Below are positions 1-6,670 of a stretch of DNA of 7,509 nt, in pieces. Source of the stretch: Octopus sinensis (taxonomy: Eukaryota); NCBI RefSeq assembly GCF_006345805.1, contig NW_021828848.1, forward strand, positions 1 to 7,509, given 5' to 3'. The position numbers and the translations under genes were made by a program. Within the stretch, counting starts at the first letter, position 1; every line of letters starts with the position of its first letter. Below the pieces are notes generated by a model. The model was not told the origin of the DNA. It made no database searches and saw nothing but the letters and a program-made list of their open reading frames with translations.

Positions 1-53
1 TTTACAACAATGCTTGGAAGGAAGGTGCGTAGCGTGTGACCGTCGCATTGATC

Positions 54-134
54 ATGACAGAGAAAGTTGAGCAGAGAATCTGCATTAAATTTTGCCAAAA
101 GATCGGCGATACCTGTTCAGAGGCCTAAGCAAAG
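54..134 (+). pseudogene. Mariner transposase N-terminal fragment (stop codon at 126-128)
   Basis: Manual translation MTEKVEQRICIKFCQKIGDTCSEA*AK. Confidence 0.85.
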
Positions 135-378
135 TTTTCAAAAAGATTTCATCGTTCTCGGCACAATCAAGGAAATCTTGCGCTACTGAATCCCAAGTGT
201 CCTTTTGGTCAACTGAAAGCAGTTTTGGTACAAACTTGGCAGACGCATGTCCCACAACCCTCTGAAACGTAACTAATCTGCACATACTCTGATAACTCAC
301 GGATGGTGATTCGACGATTTCCCTTCACAGCTGCAAGCATATCTACGATGTTTTACTAAATTCTACTGGCTGTGGGTC
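130..378 (-). pseudogene. Mariner transposase HTH/linker fragment with stops and a frameshift, ending just before the TGDE catalytic motif
   Basis: Manual translation shows RRITIREL, SAKFVPKLL and DFLDC...FLKT motifs. It overlaps the supplied ORF 85..300(-). Confidence 0.88.
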
Positions 379-401
379 ATTATTATTATTATTATTATTA
401 C

Positions 402-432
<31 letters not shown>

Positions 433-486
433 TTATTATTATTATTATTATTATTATTATCATTATTATTATTATTATTATTATTA

Positions 487-517
<31 letters not shown>

Positions 518-548
518 GCTATTCTTATTATCATCATCAACATTATTG
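379..548 (+). repeat. (ATT)n microsatellite with minor (ATC)n variants
   Basis: Direct reading of the tandem trinucleotide repeat. Confidence 0.98.
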
Positions 549-941
549 AAGGCGGCGAGCTGGCAGAAACGTTAGCACGCCGGGCGAAATACTTAGCGGT
601 ATTTCGTCTGCCGCTACGTTCTGATCTCAAATTCCGCCGAGGTCGATTCATCCTTTCATCCTTTCGGGGTCGATTAAATAAGTACTAGTTACGCACTGGG
701 GTCGATATAATCGACTTAATCCGTTTGTCTGTCCTTGTTTGTCCTCTCTGTGTTTAGCCCCTTGTGGGTAGTAAAGAAATAGGTATTTTGTCTGCCGCTA
801 CGTTCTGAGTTCAAATTCCGCCGAGGTCGACTTTGCCTTCCATCCTTTCGGGGTCGATAAATTAAGAACCAGTACTGGGGTCGATGTGATTAATTAGTCT
901 CCTCCCGCCAAATTTGAGGCTTTGTGCCTCCAGTAGAAAGG
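549..941 (+). mobile_element. Dimeric tRNA-derived SINE (full-length monomer ~549-781 plus 5'-truncated monomer 782-941)
   Basis: A-box-like TGGCAGAAACG at 561-571; B-box-like GATCTCAAATTCC at 623-635 and GAGTTCAAATTCC at 807-819. The segment starting 598 (GGTATTTCGTCTGCCGC...) repeats at 782 (184-bp offset). Both monomers carry a central CCTTTCATCCTTTCGGGGTCGAT-type motif, and the element ends GTAGAAAGG followed by (ATT)n. It matches my recollection of an abundant octopus SINE. Confidence 0.85.
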
Positions 942-999
<58 letters not shown>

Positions 1000-1003
1000 T
1001 ATT
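942..1003 (+). repeat. (ATT)n tract shared by the SINE tail (+) and the LINE tail (-)
   Basis: Direct reading. Confidence 0.97.
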
Positions 1004-1465
1004 CAGTAGTCTTATTTTTATCACGTGCTATCACTGCACTACCAAGCACAGCTCTGTGTGCCTTGGGTATGTGCTGTGGTTTGTTGTGATGTTCTTATGG
1101 TTACTGTATTGAAAGTGTTTCACGTAGGAGGTGTGCAGTGCCTAGTAGTGCTATGTTATATATATTTGTTAGTCCTGGTGTTTTTGTTACGTATTTGTCT
1201 GAATAGTATTTTATCATACCTAATACGCCTACTATGATAGGAATTGTTTCTATTTTTAGAGCTCATCCTACACTGTGGCGAGTCAGTGCTTTTATCAATA
1301 TGATATTTGGAGTAGTTTGTTCTGAGAGCTTGTTCTTCAGCGCTGCACTCTAAATGCCTCAGAGGGTTCTTTTAAGTCTCCTTTCTGCAGCCATTGCCAG
1401 GTTCTATTCCAATCAATCTCATCTTTATTCTTCAAGAACTGACTCTGCATTTCCATGTCCTGTGC
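1001..1465 (-). mobile_element. R4/Dong-clade non-LTR retrotransposon 3' fragment (decayed, internally deleted or chimeric)
   Basis: Minus translation of ~1455->1264 gives EMQSQFLKNKDEIDWNRTWQWLQKGDLK...EEQALRTNYSKYHIDKSTDSPQCRM (with a frameshift). 1259->1101 gives LKIETIPIIVGVLGMIKYYSDKYVTKTPGLTNIYNIALLGTAHLLRETLSIQ*. These match the W.WL..GDLK / EQALRTN / CR.C and P...G.LG / LLGTA.ILR C-terminal motifs of R4/Dong ORFs. A ~100-nt 3' UTR follows, ending CTGAAT-(AAT)n. Confidence 0.85.
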
Positions 1466-1590
1466 ATGTTTGTTACAGTCACTTGCCGAGACACACACAG
1501 CATCCTAGGGCGAATGAAAGATAAGAGATGTTACAATGTGCCCGAAAACATGGGGAGGGGAAGAGGTAGAGGCAGAAAAATAAATGAACC

Positions 1591-1591
<1 letters not shown>

Positions 1592-1646
<55 letters not shown>

Positions 1647-1654
1647 CATCATCA
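1592..1654 (+). repeat. (ATT)n/(ATC)n microsatellite
   Basis: Direct reading. Confidence 0.97.
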
Positions 1655-2097
1655 TTGAGTGAGAGAGCAGTGCATTCCATCAAAGTGACACTGGGGTAAA
1701 ATATACGAAGCCCATCATGAATACCCGTCTGATAAGGGTACACTAGGCATCACAACCATATGTGCGCAACATGGTGATCTCATATCAAGATAAACAGCAC
1801 ATGACCTTGCAGGTGAAGCCCAGTTAGAATTTTCTTCAGGTCGAGTAGCCCATCCCGCTCAAAAGGTCCCTGAATAAGGATTAATGATGTTGAACGAAAC
1901 ACCCATGTTTCTAATGGTGAATTATCCAAACCTCTAAGAATTCCTTTCAACACACGGCTATGATGCTCCCCCACTACTTCTGCCCGTGGTCAGAGATGCA
2001 CATATAATCAGCCACTAAGGGACATGCTCAACTGGTTACGGTCAAACAACTGACAAGCAAATCTGTGGTATTGAGCAGAATATTTGCTATAGCCCAT
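1655..2097 (-). mobile_element. Unclassified interspersed repeat, copy 1 (truncated), embedded in (ATT)n
   Basis: Colinear with 2181-2640 from TTGAGTGAGAGAGCAGTGCA to GCT(A/G)TAGCCCAT. No coding homology recognised. Strand is inferred from the shared end at CTCTCACTCA-(AAT)n and the variable other end. Confidence 0.75.
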
Positions 2098-2147
2098 TAT
2101 TATTAGTATCATCATCATCATCATCATCATTATTATTATTATTATTA

Positions 2148-2180
<33 letters not shown>
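2098..2180 (+). repeat. (ATT)n/(ATC)n microsatellite spacer between the two repeat copies
   Basis: Direct reading. Confidence 0.97.
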
Positions 2181-2182
<2 letters not shown>

Positions 2183-2730
2183 GAGTGAGAGAGCAGTGCA
2201 TGCCATCAAAGTGACACTGGGGTAAAATTACGAACCCAATATACCCATCATGACTACCCGTCTGATAAAGGTACACCAGGCACATGCATCACAACCATAT
2301 GTGCGCAACATGGTGATCTCATATCAAGATAAACAGCACATGACCTTGCAGGTGGGGCCCAGTTAGAATTTTCTTCAGGTTGAGTAGCCCATCCCGCTCA
2401 AAAGGTCCCTGAATAAGGGTTGTTTAAGGATGTTGAAAGAACCACCCATGTTTCCAGAGGTGAATTATTCAAACCCCAAAGAATCCCTCTCAACACATGG
2501 CTATGATGCTCCCCCACTACTTCTGCTCGTGATCAGAGATGCACATATCGTCAGCCACTAAGGGACATGCTCAACTGGTTAAGGTCAAACAACTGACAAG
2601 CAAATCTGTGGTATTGAGCAGAATATTTGCTGTAGCCCATCTTTTATACCAAGACAAAACAATGTACATGATAACACTTCCAATCAGTTAAGATCAGAAG
2701 CCATGAGAGCCACTGCCTGGTACTGCATCT
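2181..2730 (-). mobile_element. Unclassified interspersed repeat, copy 2 (~550 bp, longer copy), flanked by (ATT)n on both sides
   Basis: Homologous to 1655-2097 with ~90 extra nt (2641-2730). (ATT)n lies at 2161-2180 and 2731-2759. Confidence 0.78.
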
Positions 2731-2759
2731 ATTATCATTATTATTATTATTATTATTAT
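2731..2759 (+). repeat. (ATT)n microsatellite
   Basis: Direct reading. Confidence 0.95.
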
Positions 2760-3050
2760 GTTTTTGTGAACTCTTAGTGGTTAATACAGAAAAACATTAT
2801 TATTGATGTTGCTACTGTTGTTGCTACTGCCGCGTCTGCTGCTGCTGCTACTATTATTTTAAATACAATTTCTTGCCACTCGATTCCATACAGAGGTCAC
2901 TAACAATATATTTTATCGTTTAGTTTTTCTTAGGGAGGGTTCTTCTTGGTTTTTATGTTTCTTTTATTTTTGGTGTTGGGCGTTTTTATTTTTTACTGAA
3001 AACAATGCTATCTCGGTGTAGCCAAGCTGCTCTGTATGATGTACGAACAG

Positions 3051-3500
3051 ACACACACACTCACATACACACACACACACACACACACACAGTCTTACAT
3101 ATACACACACTCATACACACCCATATGCACACACTCATACACACGCGCGCGCGCAAACACTTACAAACACATCCAAACACACACACACACGCGCGCACAC
3201 GCACGCACATACACACACATTTACACATACACAGACAAACGCACACACATTGATACAGACAAATACTCACACACCCATACATACATACCTATACTTACGT
3301 AAATAAACCTAATCATATATATATATATATATAATATATACATACATACATACACATACATACACTTCAAAATGGTGTAGAGAATCACATATGCACACAG
3401 ACATAAAATAACATACACACACACACACACATTCACACACATATGTACGCACACACATATACACCCACGCTTACAAACACATACACACACACATACATAG
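3051..3500 (+). repeat. Compound (CA)n/(CG)n/(TA)n/(CATA)n low-complexity array
   Basis: Direct reading. It explains the HT-rich and CV-rich pseudo-ORFs. Confidence 0.96.
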
Positions 3501-3542
3501 CCAACGTAGGTATCGCACAACCAGATTCCCTCATCTCACATG

Positions 3543-3583
3543 CTCTCTCTCCATCCCTCTTTTCCACTCTCCCCACTCTCCCC

Positions 3584-3625
<42 letters not shown>
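3543..3625 (+). repeat. Polypyrimidine tract with a pure (CT)n at ~3589-3625
   Basis: Direct reading. Confidence 0.96.
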
Positions 3626-3630
<5 letters not shown>

Positions 3631-3693
3631 CGAACAAAAATAGACTTTGATTTGTCACCTGCATGCAGTATTGCTTCAAATAATGGTCATTGT

Positions 3694-3723
3694 CATAATC
3701 ATCATCACCATCATCTTCATCAG

Positions 3724-3765
<42 letters not shown>

Positions 3766-3855
3766 TATCATCTTCATCATCATCTTCATCATCATGTTCA
3801 TCATTATCATCATCATCATCATCATCATAATCATCATCACCATCATCTTCATCAG

Positions 3856-3898
<43 letters not shown>

Positions 3899-3953
3899 TT
3901 CTTCATCATCATCTTCATCATCATCATCATGATATCTTCATTATCACATCTTT

Positions 3954-4022
<69 letters not shown>

Positions 4023-4037
4023 TTCATTATCATCTTT

Positions 4038-4078
<41 letters not shown>

Positions 4079-4316
4079 ATTATCATCATCATCTTCATCG
4101 TCATCTTCATCATAATCATCATCATCATCATCATCATCATCGTCGTCATCTTCATCATATTCATCATCAGTGCCATCATTCATCATCGTCGTCGTCGCCG
4201 TCCTCCTCATCACCATGACCACCATCAACACCACCACCAGCATCATAAATGACGACGACTACGACTGCAACAACGACATATACAACAACAACAACAACAA
4301 CACCACACAGCAGCAG
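3694..4316 (+). repeat. Large compound (CAT)n microsatellite drifting to CGT/CAC/GAC/CAA/CAG units
   Basis: Direct reading. It explains the poly-H/I/S/M/D ORFs. Confidence 0.97.
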
Positions 4317-4584
4317 TGAGAGTTTCTATGGTCAAAGACAATTATTATAACAGATGACAGCTTCGTATTTTGGTCGACAGGCAGTGCTTGCGCTGCTGGA
4401 GAATAATTTCTTTTGTCTGCACATCTGGCGGCCTCTGGCGGCAGAATAAAGATTGGCAAGGACAGTGAACTGCACAGCCTGGCCAAGACCAATCTCTCGT
4501 CTTCGAAATTTCCATTGCAATATTGGTTTTCATAGAAGAATAAGGCTGGGTGTTCTTCAATCACTAGGACAATCTGCTGCGCAT

Positions 4585-4624
4585 ATGTATATGAGTGTGT
4601 GTATGTGTGTGTGTGTGTGTGTGC

Positions 4625-4671
<47 letters not shown>

Positions 4672-5055
4672 TTTGTGTGCCTGTATACATATATGTACGT
4701 ATATATGTGTGTATACATATATATACATATATTTATATAGATACACACACATATATATATTATAGCTACATGCAGACACACATACTTATATATTTCGGAG
4801 TATATATAGATAGAAACACACACACATGCATATATTTATGTATAAAAATCTATATGTATATATATATATTTATGTATAAAAATATATATATATATATATT
4901 CTATAATATATATTTATATATATAATATATATATATATACGTGTATATATGCATTCTATATAGACATAAATACACACATACGTACATGCATAAAACATGC
5001 ATACATACACCCATATCTACATATATAATACATACAAACATACATACATATAATT
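4585..5055 (+). repeat. (TG)n followed by a degenerate (TA)n/(CATA)n array
   Basis: Direct reading. Confidence 0.95.
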
Positions 5056-5276
5056 TAGTAAATGTTGAGGTGTTCTGCATACAATGACATAGGACATTAC
5101 AAGAACCACTTCGAAACAGGAATAAGGAAAAAACATCCCCAGTGACGCCATAGTTCGCTGGATAATCTTATTGTTGATTTCCCAAACCCTTTATCTTAAA
5201 ATAACCACGATATTTTATCTGGGGTTTTTTTAAAGCCTGACGGGGGTTTTTTTCTGATGTATACATCAATTTCCTT

Positions 5277-5281
<5 letters not shown>

Positions 5282-5308
<27 letters not shown>
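5282..5308 (+). repeat. (TA)n microsatellite
   Basis: Direct reading. Confidence 0.96.
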
Positions 5309-5312
<4 letters not shown>

Positions 5313-5633
5313 ATCTATGGTATCTCCCACAGAGAAAGTGTTTACATATCCCCTGAGGAAACACAGCTACATCCCATAATGCAAGGAAACGGTTGCGTGA
5401 TCAAATACCCGCACGCCTGGAGAACTGCGTAGAAACAATTGTAGAGACTGAAAATGTCCAACTGTAGTCCTTGTTGTTGACTCCAATCTTTTTCAATTAT
5501 CTGTTCACTCAGGACAGAAGACCAAACGCAAACCTGGAAGAGCGAATAACATTACTACAAGATAGCACGGGGTGAAATGTGAAGGTGGATGAGCTTCGTA
5601 CTCTACTACGTTCTTAACAGAATATACCGTTAC

Positions 5634-6011
5634 AGTGGAGGCGCAATGGCCCAGTGGTTGGGACATCGGCGTGGCGGTCGTAGGATCGCGGTTTCGATTC
5701 CCAGACCGGGCATTTTGAGTGTTTATGCAGAGAAAACACCTAAACCTCCACGAGGCTCCGGCAGGGAGTGGTAACGAACCCTGCTGTAGTCTTTCACCAC
5801 AACTTTCTCTCACTCTTTCTTCCTATTTCTGTTGTACCTGTATTTCAAAGGGCCAGCCTTGTAACGCTCTGTGTCACGCTGAGTCTCCCCAGGAACTATG
5901 TTAAGGGTACTCGTGTCTGTGGACACTTGCACGTCAATTTCACGTGCAGGCTGTTCTGTTGATCAGATCAACTGGAACCCTCGTCGTCGTAACCGACGGA
6001 GTGCTATGATG
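5634..6011 (+). mobile_element. Full-length tRNA-derived SINE with target-site duplication
   Basis: A-box TGGCCCAGTGG at 5647-5657 and B-box-like GGTTTCGATTCC at 5690-5701. The GC-rich body has a 3' stem-loop. Flanking direct repeats are ATACCGTTAC (5624-5633) and ATACCGTAAC (6012-6021), 9/10 identical. Confidence 0.85.
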
Positions 6012-6021
6012 ATACCGTAAC

Positions 6022-6039
6022 TATATATATATACACACA

Positions 6040-6082
<43 letters not shown>

Positions 6083-6117
6083 GCATACAGATATAAATAC
6101 ATACGTACGTACATACA

Positions 6118-6149
<32 letters not shown>

Positions 6150-6160
6150 CATATATAAAT
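6022..6160 (+). repeat. (TA)n and (TACA)n microsatellites
   Basis: Direct reading. Confidence 0.96.
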
Positions 6161-6355
6161 ATTAAAAAAGTGTACGTTTAAGCACAAGAGAAAATTACCT
6201 TTTAACAGGTAATTTTTTACATGCTAGAAATAGCAGCCAATACAGCCAAAACCACGATTTAGTAGCAATTTTCGAAGGGATTGAAAAATTAAAACTTTTA
6301 ACTTGTTATTTATTATCGGTTATTTATTATTCGCTACCCTATAAATGTATTTTAT

Positions 6356-6356
<1 letters not shown>

Positions 6357-6389
<33 letters not shown>
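6357..6389 (+). repeat. (TA)n microsatellite at the 3' end of the LINE fragment
   Basis: Direct reading. Confidence 0.96.
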
Positions 6390-6392
<3 letters not shown>

Positions 6393-6603
6393 TATCATTT
6401 TTTTCGATATCTGAAGAGATAGCGGCGTGGTTTTCCGCCCCGACATCCGGTGTCAGCTGTTCACTACCAGTGAACTAAAGTAACACCCCTTATTTTTCGA
6501 GCACCTACCGGAGTATTCGAGCGGTTCCAAGCAGTGATGTTTTCTGCTAGTGCTTCACCATTATTGAAACCCCTATTCAGTCCATGTGCTTCTCAAGCTT
6601 AGA
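6388..6603 (-). mobile_element. Second R4/Dong-clade LINE extreme 3' fragment (different subfamily)
   Basis: Minus translation of 6603->6490 gives SKLEKHMD*IGVSIMVKH*QKTSLLGTARILR*VLEK*, the canonical QKT.LLGTARILR.VL C-terminus. A ~100-nt 3' UTR follows and runs into (TA)n. Confidence 0.85.
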
Positions 6604-6636
6604 CAAATTTCAAGCTCTGTTCCTACAGTAGAAAGG
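6604..6636 (+). mobile_element. 3' tail fragment of the same SINE family as 549-941
   Basis: CAAATTTCAAGCTCTGTTCCTACAGTAGAAAGG is 28/33 identical to 909-941 and is likewise followed by (ATT)n. Confidence 0.72.
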
Positions 6637-6670
6637 ATTATTATTATTATTATTATTACTATTATTATTA
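6637..6670 (+). repeat. (ATT)n tract shared by two tail-to-tail elements
   Basis: Direct reading. Confidence 0.96.

Larger units (their letters stand above)
1..378. mobile_element. Rearranged Tc1/mariner (mariner-type) transposon remnant, non-autonomous
   Basis: Plus strand from ATG at 54 reads MTEKVEQRICIKFCQKIGDTCSEA*AK, a mariner N-terminal 'EQRICIKFC' motif. Minus strand ~378->130 reads PTASRI**NIVDMLAAVKGNRRITIRELSEYVQISY, then after a frameshift ASAKFVPKLLSVDQKDTWDSVAQDFLDCAENDEIFLKT (mariner HTH plus 'AKFVPKLL' linker). No TIR is visible; it probably lies left of the window. Confidence 0.88.

Noticed and set aside
372-575. ORFs rich in poly-Y/I/L (also 924..1112, 1394..1699, 1531..1743)
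   Set aside because: They are translations of (ATT)n microsatellites, with no coding signal.
2450-2730. Hammerhead or HDV-like ribozyme in the ~550-bp element (minus-strand CTGACGA; 5' hairpins)
   Set aside because: The nearest GAAA is ~95 nt away without a stem II. An HDV-type P1/P1.1 arrangement could not be built by hand.
3005-3643. HT-rich and CV-rich ORFs
   Set aside because: They are translations of (CA)n/(TG)n arrays.
3647-4252. Long poly-His/Ser/Ile/Met/Asp ORFs (up to 201 aa)
   Set aside because: (CAT)n lacks stops in most frames, so long ORFs are expected; there is no flanking domain.
4330-4580. Minus-strand peptide IVLVIEEHPALFFYENQY.. faintly like a MADF/Myb-SANT start
   Set aside because: It lacks the conserved Trp residues, has no polypyrimidine acceptor, and the similarity is too weak without an HMM search.
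5352-5435. Possible hammerhead ribozyme (CTGAGGA ... GAAAC)
   Set aside because: No stem II can be formed between the core motifs, and no convincing stem I/III pairing was found.
5505-5962. ORFs 5505..5813, 5589..5774, 5719..5904, 5768..5962
   Set aside because: They overlap the GC-rich SINE and show no recognisable protein similarity.
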